The notes beneath the pieces were generated by a model. The model was not told the DNA's origin, made no database searches, and saw nothing but the letters and a program-made list of their open reading frames with translations. Position numbers and translations under genes: made by a program. Below are positions 33,749-46,200 of a stretch of 64,000 nt of DNA, piece after piece; position 1 is the stretch's first letter, and every line of letters starts with the position of its first letter. This DNA is from Laetmonice hystrix (lineage: Eukaryota), in assembly GCA_965235115.1 (NCBI GenBank), contig OZ249444.1:20522001-20586000 (forward strand), written 5' to 3'.

Positions 33749-36700
33749 TGATTAACCGTCCCAGAACTAGGTTAGAACTATCGTGGTGCTTCTCAATACG
33801 GTAAGCTGAGTGCATCCTACACTGGAGGAAGGATGGAGGACAGCGACGGAACCACCTCTCCCTGAACTGCTAATACATTATGCTTGTGAAGGAAGGCTAA
33901 GATTGTGCTTTACAAAAAGGTGGCTATCAGTATCGAATCAAATTTACATTAGTGCCAGGGGGTTATTTAAGAAAACAAAATAACTTTGATTGGGTCAGTG
34001 GTTGTTAAAGGGGTGGGAGTTTGTATACTTGTGTCAGTTTTTACATTGACGTATGGTTTCGGTGAAGTGTTAAGTGAACCTTTTGAAGAATCCAGTTTAT
34101 TTTCATTGCTAAGGAAATTATAAAGGTTTGATTTGGCCGATTGTGGTTTAAGCTGTGCTATCTGTTGATTTCATTTGCCATTATTAAAGATGGCGATTCA
34201 CTGACCTTGACATTGGAGATATGACTTAACGTTGTCACATCGCCGGGTAATTTGTACATGGATCACTACGAGGACAAATAACCTTTTGACCTGCGGTAAC
34301 ATAATAATATGTAATTTAACATTAATATCGATTGTCGATAATCATGTGAGATACTTTCATCGCAGTATTGTCAGTTATAGCTCACAAAGGTGAAAGACCG
34401 ATTAAAATGATTTTGTTAACTGATGACTGTCTTTTCGTTTTAGATGTATGTATATTTTTTTCTCACGTATCATTTTAATCATATATAGTTGCTATTCTAT
34501 GGGGCATCTATCTAATAGCTAAGCGGAACGAGCAATAGACACCTAGGACATGGCATTACCCTCTTTCAATGAAAACGAAATTATTAGAACTCATCCCGTC
34601 TTCAAATCTTTCTCAATTTTATTCCTGTAAAATAATTGACAAATAGCATTTTTCTTTTGCTGATCTCGAAGATTCGTAATTGGAAATCGAGCATCTCGGT
34701 AACCATGGGGAAATTTGGTGATGCCCGTGCACTTTGGAATGCAGTGGTTCTCCACGGGGTGGCGCCACCTCCGTTGTGTCTTGTGGGATTTATTTGGTAT
34801 CAATCCAGGCGCCAACAAGGCAACCGATAGACATTCTTTCTTCTCTGTCGTGTAGGTACCTTGGATTTTGTGAAAAGGAGGTCCAGCATTAACGTCTACA
34901 CCAATCGAATCTCGTCCAATTTGCCTCCAAGGAATCTCTATCTAGGCGGCAACAATCGTGGTTAGGTAGAATTCTTGGCATTAGGCTGTTGTCGCCATGA
35001 GGCGGAACGTCTCATGGCTGGTTGATGACCTGCATTGACTTGAACAGCCAAGGAAACAGCCATGAGACGGACGACCGCTTCATAACAACCAACAGCAATG
35101 CTGAATTTCATTAGATTTTTCTAGGATAGAAAACGGACTTTTTGGGTTACGGGGGGGGGGGGTGTTGGGATTGCATGTTCATCACAGACGTGCCCAAGAA
35201 GGGCTCCCAGCTTGGCGCCCTTACAACATGCCAATACGTCCGCCATGTTCCATCCACAGCCCCATTAGCCATACCTTCGTAGGCCACTGACGGATGATTC
35301 ACGAAGCAGATGGCAGGGATTCGGAACCCATTTCGAATTTTTATCTTGTCTAGGACCTACAGTTACTAATAGGTGCAGCATTTTTGCTTTATCCCCCCGG
35401 TAATTTGAATAATTCTGACTTCAATCTTTAATGGAATGAGCTGCCTTAGCTATCTCAACCTCTGAATTGTCACTTCGTGTTCAAAGCTATGACTGCCATG
35501 TCTCAGTCAGATCTTTCTCAGTGACTATTTGCTAAGGCTTCTCGATATAAGACTATCCAAGACGCTAGCGAGAAAGCGTTTCTTTTTTCTTCTTCATCAT
35601 TCCTTTAACTTTTTTCCCTAATGGTCTCCTGCGCACCTTGGTTGACTAATGTTGAACCCACCAACACATGGGCCAAGGTGACCCTGCCCATGAAGAGACA
35701 GCAACCATTGTATAACATTTACACAACGTTCAATGACCTACATTCGCAGAGTTCTTTTTCTCAAACTTAAAAGGCGGCAGTCGAATCCGACATTTTGTAA
35801 ACGGCGATTTTTTTACAATCATGTAAATTTCCCCAAGAGTGCGACTGCAACATGGCAAACATTATTATTTCGCGGGCACGATCCTTTTCAGACAAGTCCC
35901 CAAAAGTAAATACTATTATAATTGAGACATAGCTAGAAGAAAAGGGTACAAAATGTTCCATTAAAAAGGACTTTCCCAGTTTTTAAATTCAGGCTGGAAG
36001 TCGCACAATGGTTTGTTTGCGCCTAGTCGCACGTTTTAAAGACCCCTGGAGATACTCTACAGCTAGACAACGTTTTTCTTTACAATCTGCCTCCTTCAGA
36101 TCTGCGACCTTATTGGCATTGGTCAACACCACTTGGAGAAATCGGACTTTACTCCAATGGCGCTTCTGTTTGCTCATGGTATAGTTCTAGGCCTATAAAA
36201 TAGCTGACGAGTTTTCCTGGTCCCGTGTTTTGGAACTTGGGTAACATGGGAAGGGTGGCTTGTTTGTGTGGGGGAGAGGGAAAGTAGGAATTACATGAGT
36301 AAAAGCAGTACGTGTGTGTATGCAACTATCACAATATATAGGAGATTCCCAGCCGTCATCTAGTCGGGAGGGAGGGGGGGGGGAATGACAACCCGATAAT
36401 CTGAGTCTGAGCTGCTACAAACATCTTTTATTATAACATTTACCTTGTATTTGAGGTAAAGAAAAAACTGCAGCTTAGATCCGTGGAGGAAAAGTACAGC
36501 TGTAAAATAGAGATATGTATTCTTAATCTTATCTCACCAGCCGAGCCGGTATCACCCATTCGAGATATAAATTACCTGTTAAGCATTGCTTTACCAGAAA
36601 GCCCTAAGAGGACCAAAACCGGTACATTTAAACAATCATTCTTTTGCTCGTTTGAAATATAACTATAAACAACTGCTAATAGTCTAGATGTAAGGCCTCC

Positions 36701-37221
36701 ATCTTTCATTCCCATGCCAATTAAATATCGATCTGTGTTCTATAGCAAGACACATAACGTTAATAGTGAGTCTGCAGTTCGGTTAGATCAGGGAGAGGCT
36801 TTGTAAAGGCACAGCAGTCACAAAGCCTAACACTGATCATAGAAGTCCTTAATAAATCCAGAAAAAAACATGCAGGACACACAAAACATTGCCCCACCTT
36901 GCCCATATAAATGATAAAAATACAAGTTTTTATCTCACTGTATACGATGAAAAGGCAAAGATTGATACATGCAAAGCTTTTCAACCATTTGGTCCCAACC
37001 TCCTGCAACTTTAGAGTTAAGTTTCTTAAACATTCATCATACCATCACTTTACTGTTAGTACATTGTATATAACCACATAATGCTAAAAGATCTTCAGTC
37101 ACAATCCTGGCACCCTCTTTGTTGTGACAAGTCAATTATAAACATAAATGCGTGTCCCATAACGAACAGACCTAATCCAGTTGCTGCCCAAGCTGATATA
37201 CAATTACCCAACGTCCACACT

Positions 37222-40200
37222 TCACTCTATGAGGCAATTATCTATGTGAGCATTGATTTCCCTGTCAAAAGCAGTTGGCTTAAAGATGATTCCACAAATG
37301 GGGCATCTCTTGGTTTTATTTTGCTGGTGCAACGCTTCTTGTCTTGCAAAAAGAGAAAGCACGTTGGATTGTTTGCTTTTCTTACTACCAACGCTAAGTG
37401 TTGGTCTCACCTTGGGTTGAGAGTTTTCACTGTCAAATTTACTGCTTTCCTCCGATGTTGGGTTGGCCTCCGTTAGTTCTGCACTGTCCCCGCCAGGTGG
37501 CGCCACTCTTCCAGCGTCACACCCCCTACCGGCGTCTATGTCATCACTTACCCCGCCAGGTGGCGCCACTCTCCCACCGTCACGCCCCCTACCGACGTCC
37601 ATGTCATCACTTACTTTCCTTTTTTTACCGCGAGATTTTGATTCGACCCTGGTCTGTGCGACGTTATCAGGACCCGAGTCGAGGGCAGTGATTGGGGGTT
37701 CGTCTATGGATACTCTAACGTCGCTGGAGGACGAGGCGTCGGTTGTAGGTGGTGGTGGGGTGTTGGCAGAGTGGGAGTTTGAAGGTTTAGCCTTCCTCTG
37801 TTTGGAGGGTGTTGGCAAAGGGGTGAAGAAGTTATGGAGGGTGACTGGGGGTGTGAGGGCCTTGCGGACACACCGGGGTCGGACTTCGGTCACACCCTCA
37901 GCCTCCTGTCTCCTCACCGTCTGTCCCGCTCCGCCCTGCAGAAATATTATCGTTAATAACACCTAGCTGTGAATTAAAAGAAATGTTTTTGAAGCATGTT
38001 GCCGTTATGGTAATCCATATTGATCAACAATAATTCTCGACAATAGCAAAACACAGGACACCTATCTAAACTTGTGGGTGCCAAACTAGGAAAATGACAG
38101 CAAACTGACCCATAAGAAAGATCCATAAAGAAAAGACCACGACTTGCCAATACACATCCAAGCAATGCAATGTATTCAAATTGACTACATTGTTTTTATG
38201 GTGGAGAGTCCTAGATGAGTGCATTACCAAGACATACCAGGATAGACAGGAGGAGAGCCGGTGGATGTGTGTTCCCATTTCATTTCAGCCAATTTTACCT
38301 TCAATTTTTTTCATTTCATATTGAGATATTGGAACCTCTCATACGTTATGAGTTATACAGCATACAATTAACAGCCTAATTGCCAGTCACTGCCGTTGTA
38401 TAAATAACAGCCGTGTATCCTCTGACAATACGTACCATTGACAGCTGCTGCTGTTCCTGTTCAAGGACCTTCATATCCTTGACGGCTTTCTCCACCACGG
38501 GTAGGAGGAGGTGCGGGTAGCGGATGCCAACGACACGTTCACCATTGTCCATCTGGGCTCGCACTACCCGTAACGTACTCTCGGCCTTACTGTTCTAACA
38601 CACACACTCAGTCTAGTAATCTTGTATAGGGTTGGTTTTTATTTTGGACAAACACAATAGAGTAGTACCACCTGGTGTCAGATGAGGGAACCAAAATAAT
38701 AAGAACTGTGAAATAGTTGGTGTCAAGGTACGTCACCTATGCATATAATATGCAATATTATAAACCAATATAGTTCGGGAAACATTGCAAGAGACCTAAA
38801 CAAACTATTTGCTGAGTGACTTAAAATGGTTTTAACTCATTAATATGACCGTGTACATACGTGAGCTGCATTTGAGATCCGTATCGGGTCAGAGCTGTTT
38901 CAAGGAGCGACATTATCTTCAGAATCCCACCACAGAGCAGATGGATACGATAACATCTGCTACCGACTGCCAACACAGATTACAGACTACATGGCAAACA
39001 TTGTAAATTGTGACAAAACATCGTGTCCAAGTGTAACCAAAAACAATATTTCTTTACTTTTATGGGTTTTAACCTGTTGAAAGCCAGGGTTACACAGATG
39101 TTAACTGTCTGTATCCATGTATTTAGATTATTCCAATGGTACTCCTTACCTGTACAAGTGTTACCACTCTTACAGTGCGGCCCATGGATACAGGAGTTTT
39201 GGGACCTCTTGTACTGCTCCCGCCAACCCTCCTCTAAAACATGTCCATATCACATCAGTTCTGCTGACTTCCCACATTATGAGGGAAAATCCCACCCAGT
39301 ACAAACACTGCATATTTTAGCGATTATCAATATTTATCATTGCTAATACGGCACTTGATAATGCCAGCTCACCTGCCTGCTCCTGACTGATCGGTTTGTA
39401 TTTCATCCTAAGGTCTGTCTGATCTTCCTCAAAACTAGACACTCCTGTGTTTGGCCTGTTAGGAAAACAAAGAATCCAGTAAAACTGACGACCAGGTCTT
39501 ACATATCTGATCATGTGCTTCCAATTAGCATGATGGAGATCTGCCACATACCTGGCAATCATGAACCTGTGGCCGCTGCCTTCCTTCAGTGTGGCCAGGA
39601 TGTAGAGTTTCCTGCCGTACATGTCCCGCTTGGAGCAGTAGAAAGAACTCTCTGGTCCTGGATGATCTGCCAGTCTCTGGTTTGCTGCCTCCCAACTCAT
39701 CCCTCTGTCCACATTCAGTACCACGTGTCTGGAACCCAACATTTATTTCTCTTATTTTTTTAATTTTTTTTAAATTGATACAGACACCTGGTGAAAGAAC
39801 TGAAGCAAAAGACTAATAATCAAGGCATGAGACAACTCGGCCATACCAAAAGTCCCAACATAAATTGCTTTGGACTCACTTTGTAGGGTTGTGGCCATTG
39901 GAAGCACTCTTGAAGACTTCCACTGGTTCTTTATACATTTCCACTGATGTAGCAAGTATGTCCACTAAACCTTCATTGTACCTGAAAGATAACAGACTTC
40001 ATCACAAAGATATCTAAATTCAGCACCTATGTCTTAGATTTGACTGACCTTACCACTCAGGGATCGTCTCAAGAAGACCAAAAGAGCCCAGAAATGCTAA
40101 TTGTAAATGAAATCCAATTATTATGAGAAACAGAATCTTTACTAGCCAATGTGACTTATGGAGAAGATAAAGAAGACCAGTTAGAGTTGTTAGTTTAGAC

Positions 40201-43200
40201 TAAGACACCACACATACTTTCCCTCCTTCTTGGCATTTAGGATTTGAGCCTCCAGACACTGAGTAAAGTAACCAAAGATCTGAAAAATGAATAAATCCAA
40301 AGTCCTTTAAAACTTTGTATATAAAATGTCAACATTACAATCATGTAGTCCTATTTTCTGAGGGACTCTTCCTTATCAAACAAGTGCTGGTCTCTGGAAG
40401 AGGTGCCTGTTCATCATGTAAATATCATTTAATATAATTATTCTAAAACTTTATATTTCATCAGTATATTCCAGAGTGTAAAAAGATGCAGGAAATGTCT
40501 AGACTAGTTACTGAGTACAGAGGTAACTCACCAATTGTTGCCGAGAGACACTGAGACCAAGAACGCGATTGAGAAACTTAGAAACATCCATTTGTGCACT
40601 ATCTTTAACTTTGGGCATATTTCGCAAGACATCTACCTCCAAGATACACATAAAGTTCAAACATTCCTGAAAGAATCAGACAAAATTGTGGTCAATTGAG
40701 TGTAGATTGTAGCGTCCTTACATATTTATTACATGTAGTAGAATTGCTGTACTCCACATGTCAAAACAAAATTGTATTTTAGATAAATTATAAAGCACAT
40801 CAGCTGATATTGGGGAAGTTCATCTGGTTTTTATATTTATGCTGTTTGTGCCATAGATTCTTTGCAATAATCACTGCTGGATAACTAGCTATCCACAGAT
40901 ACGGAAGGACCTTGGGCCAACGATAGCGACCTACCAACATCTCCTCATTAAACATCTTGAAGTCTTCAAACTTTCCTTTGATCACGCTGGCAAGAGTAAC
41001 TCCTGGTGCCAACTGATTCTGTGGAAAAAAACACATGGCAAGACAAAATATACTAGACCTTCAACAGACTCAACACATAGAAATACACCATGGCCCTCTC
41101 TGGACCTATGTCACAAATCAGAACTTTAGAGAAAACAGTTTGCTGGTCCTTTATCCTATGCCTGTGTTAGACTAAAGTAAAGAACCTAAGATTAGAGAGA
41201 ACTACCCAGGGGGTAGCAGATCTTACCTGACATATAGAGCTGTACATGAGTCGGAGGGCTGCCCTTCCATACGGAGTGTCGAAATTGAACTCGCCGAGGT
41301 CTGCTCCTGTTGCAGCTCGCCTGTCTCCCTTTGTTAGGGCACCTAATACATTGTTTGGGACAAGTTTGACAAAATGATATCAAATTACTGTTGCATCTAG
41401 AGTTAAAAGGTCAAAACTTGAACTCATTCCTAAAACCTTACAAACTTCTAACATATAGCACAGAAATACACGTAAAAGCATATAAATATATCTTTTATCT
41501 GTATAGTGTATCCCTCCAACTCATTAAACAGACGGACCTAGAGACTGCAGTCTGCGTGCCACAGTGGCAGCAAACCTCCTCTCGCCTCCCAGGTTTGTAG
41601 TCATCAGCTTGTACAGAGGACCACTGGAAAATACAATGGAAGACCTTCAGTAACAACATTCTAAAATACAGACTTACAAACTGCCTACAATATTAGAGCT
41701 AACTGTATGTGACAGACTGTGTGACTGGGGACCAAAACCTACACTGGACACCATAAAAACACAATGCCTTAAGTTAACCTAAAAACACAATTTCTATCAA
41801 GATATGTCTTTTGGCAGGCTGACCTTGACTGGTTGGATCTGTGTGATCGCCCGAGCTGTTGGACGGCCTTGTCAGCACTCCAGGGCAGTTCCACAGTAAG
41901 GTGAACACGTCGGCATTGGTTGGCTACACGTTGGTCAGCATGCAAGGATATACCTGTACTGGCGGCGTCTGAGATTATCGCCACTAGTTTTGATCCCTTC
42001 ATGAAGAGATTCCGCTGTCAACACACAAAGTATCATCACACTATCTTAGAGATAATACCAGGCCTCTCTGTGTTATTCCTTTTCTAGGATCTTTGTTTTG
42101 AAGGGATGAACTGGGATTGACTGTTGAGACCATATCGGGACATACTCACCTCTCTCACATTGAGACTCTCAAAGAAACCTGTCGTGTCGCCACTGTCTCG
42201 CTGCTCATACTGAGGCTGTGCCCCTTCTTGATATCGAACAATCCTCGCTTTACGCCCCGTCATCTCTGCCACTTTACTCGGACCACCCAGTTTATCTATG
42301 ATCTCATCCAGAGTGCTGAATTATCAACAAACCACCATGATCAACAATGAACCATCATTTCCAAGGGTGCTGCATCATCCCTAAACACCATGACCCTCAA
42401 CATCAACATTATTCTACTGTAATTAGCTGAGATTCAACCACTGCCACCAATTTCCAGCATGCAAAACAAAATGTGCCATCCAGGGAATGTCTGAAAGACT
42501 AAACGTGCCATCCAGGCCATGTCTGAAAGATAAAACAGACCATCCAGGCCATGTCTGAAACTGAAAGATTAAACATACCATCCAGGCCATGTCTGAAAGA
42601 TTAAGCATACCATCCAGGGCATGTCTGAAAGATTAAACGTGCCATCCAGGCCATGTCTGAAAGATTAAACGTGCCATCCAGGCCATGTCTGAAAGATTAA
42701 ACATACCATCCAGACCATGTCTGAAAGATTAAACATACCATCCAGGCCATGTCTGAAAGATTAAACATACCATCCAGGCCATGTCTGAAAGATTAAACGT
42801 GCCATCCAGGCCATGTCTGAAAGATTAAATGTGCCATCCAGGCCATGTCTGAAAGATTAAACGTGCCATCCAGGCCATGTCTGAAAGATTAAACGTGCCA
42901 TCTAGGCCATGTCTGAAAGATTAAACGTGCCATCCAGGCCATGTCTGAAAGATTAAACGTGCCATCCAGGCCATGTCTGAAAGATTAAACGTGCCATCCA
43001 GGCCATGTCTGAAAGATTAAACGTGCCATCCAGGCCATGTCTGAAAGATTAAACGTGCCATCCAGGCCATGTCTGAAAGATTAAACGTGCCATCCAGGCC
43101 ATGTCTGAAAGATTAAACATACCATCCAGGCCATGTCTGAAAGATTAAACGTGCCATTCAGGCCATGTCTGACACTCCAACATGGGCCCTACCTCTGGTA

Positions 43201-46200
43201 TGCATAAACCTAAAAAACCCTCCCTGAGATTGGTCCATTTATCCTAAACCTAAAAACCCCTCCCCGAGATTGGTACGTTGATCATAAACCTAAAAAAAAC
43301 CCTCCCCGAGATTGGTCCCTTGATCATAAACCTAAAAACCCCCTCCCCAAGAATGGTCCATTTATCATAAACCTAAAATACCCCCCTCCCCGAAATTGGT
43401 CCCTTGATCATAAACCTAAAAACCCCTCCCCAGGAATGGTCCATTGATCATAAACCATATGGACCAACTTCATGTCCTGAACATTATCACCATTTCAATA
43501 TCATCTTTTGTCATTTTCCATGATGCAATGACTCACTTGTCTGGCAGTGGGATCTGTTTTGCAAAACCTAGCAGCATTTGTTTGGCTGTTTCACTCCAAT
43601 CATCCACAGTTGGTCTGCCTGACGCATCCTAGAAATTATAACTCGGGGTAAAAATGTGCACCAGTACTAAAAAAGAAGTACAAGTAACAATGTTCAACAG
43701 ATTTAAGGAGATTCATTCCTAGAACATTAAAACTTGGCCACAGCATTCCTTCTTATTTCATTAACATAAACTTACCTTCCCCTCTACGACAACTGGAAAG
43801 TGGACCTCAATGAACCGATGTAGGATTTCTCTACATAGCGATACAAACCCCTTCAAGGGCACGCCACTTTTCCCAGCTTCACTTTCCATGCTTGCCTGTA
43901 ACCAGTCACAGAATGTCACAATAACATTAAATAAGCTGGATTTATTCTCTTTTTCTTTGATTCAAATGAGCATTTTTAAAGGACTTTCTATAGACTTTTT
44001 GAAGGATTTGTACAAATCCTGTACAAACACCAAATGCTAGACCAGGAATGATGATTGACTTACCTCGCCTGTGGTTTGCAGACCGATGACCACACACTGG
44101 CCAGCTTCCAGAGCAGCCTTCGCTTCTCGTACCACTGCCGGAACCTTGAGGCCAAGACTGTCAAATACAGACGATATTATACTCCCAAGTGCTGAAGTCA
44201 GGACATGGTTTAATAGGTCTGACGGTATAAGATACAGGATGAGGATCCAGAGTAAACGAGTATCACAAGTATCCTGCAGATGAAGTTGGTCAAATTTTCA
44301 GGACATTTCCAGGATTTATTCATGACAATTTCATGGATTATGTATTTCATACCAGAGCTGTTTAAAGAACCGTTGGTGAGCACCCCAGAATGATGACCAG
44401 ATCCGGGTATTGGAGGAGCTGGTTCGTTGGATTGCATTCTCCAAGGCAATACGTAACTCATTCCTGTAACAAGGCAATGCGGTTCTCTGCACTAATAACT
44501 AGTATCTTAGAAAAATAGTGTCTTTGAAAATTTCCTATACATGTCCAAAACTTTTCATCCTATATCAAATGTGCATTAGTAATCTTAGAATGACAACTAT
44601 GATGCTTTCTCTTGATCATTTTTATGATAATATTGCTATGATAATAGTAGTTTAAAAAGGATATTGAAATTTACCACACATGTGCAGCTGTGTCAAACAT
44701 CTTCTGCTGTTCTGATGTAAGCATAATCTCCACAGTGGTGAACTGGATGAGACAAAAGTTTTCAATCTTTACTTTTATCTGAAACGATTCACATGTCTCA
44801 GTCCTATTATTCAGTTGTCAACCAGGTCTTTCAGTCTCGATCTGAGCGTGGCAAAAGTTAAAAAAAAGATGGCAGCTTACCTCTGCTTGCTTGAAGCTCA
44901 GCCCTCGTGACACATACAGTCCAGAGGATTTCATCTCCATCGCCAGCATCTCGGCAACACCTACAATCATTGAGAGTGGTACCGGTCGAAGGATAGAAAT
45001 TCATCATCGTCATCAAGATTTATCATAGCTGACAACTTCACAACATCTCCCTGCAATTCTTTGATTTATACTTGAATCTAAAATCACTCACCTAGGCCCT
45101 TGCGCTGTACAGTTTCTATAAACTGCTCAAACGACTTGAATGGGGCCCCTTCCCCCCACAACCCCATTCTCTCCATGAACGCCTGCAATGAGAAAGAACC
45201 CACTCTCAACAATCAAACAGTGTTACCCTAACAACACGGAGTGCTAATAAAAGATTTGTGCGTTACCCATATCCTTTTCCATTTTTTCTCCTTGACATGA
45301 AAAAGAAACTCAGGAACGGTGAAAGACATAAAGGTTAATGACTGGGTACACTGCATGAAACATTAATTCTTACCATATTTTTTACATCGGTGAGACCTGT
45401 TGCACTGCAGTAGAGAACACGGGCTTTGGGTAGCATTCTGAAACATATCAAATGAAACTCCCTTTAAACCCATATCTCTGAACAAAATTGGGGGACAAGT
45501 TATGTCGCACTCATGTTTTCTCAATTTTGGATAAAAAATTACCGCAGCATACATTGCAGAAACTGTAAGCCCACTCTCATGTTTGTCCCCCATTTTGATG
45601 TGAGATCTCATTTAATACAACCCACAAGGTACTTATTCTGGTTATTTTGTCAGAAAATATCTGAAAATTTGAACAATGACGCATCCCTACTGAGGACCAT
45701 CTACCCACCTCTGTATAAGGGCCACAGCCAGGGCCACCTTGGTGCTGGCCGAGTCTTTTCCCTGTGATCACAAAATATTCATTATTTTTCCAGTTAGCTT
45801 AATCTTAAACCTATACAAATGGCAGAACTAGGCAACGTTTATTCTTGTACATGAGCAGGAAAAAGTTAAAAGCCGATACTTTCTTACATTTTTTACAATC
45901 ACTTAGGTCTTTCTACATCACACTGTTAGCCTACTTTAGCAGGAGTAATATCTTATAACATTTAAACTTAACATACTGGTACAAAATTCTTGGCTTTATG
46001 GCATTCATCAAAGATAAGGCAGCCATCAAATTTTTCTCCTCCGCACCAGTCCACCAACTGCTGCAACCGGCTCTGCTTTGTCGAGTTCAGAGTATCTGTC
46101 AATCAACCATGTAACATGTTCCAGATTTCTTCAATGTTTAAAACCAAATCCAAAGTAACTGAAGTCTTCGATGACCTAACATTCAGATTTCACAGAATAT

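Noticed and set aside
33744-33809. C-box (GTGATGA) and D-box (CTGA) as a snoRNA
   Set aside because: It overlaps the eIF2A stop codon and 3' UTR, is not intronic, and has no terminal stem.
35380-36177. Fragmentary minus-strand reading frames that look protein-like
   Set aside because: Many stops and no motif I can name. They may be a decayed transposon gene, but this needs a tBLASTx/HHpred search.
41944-41951. Minus-strand ATATCCTT as another U12 donor
   Set aside because: It lies within the conserved coding motif STGISLHAD of the SBNO-like exon.
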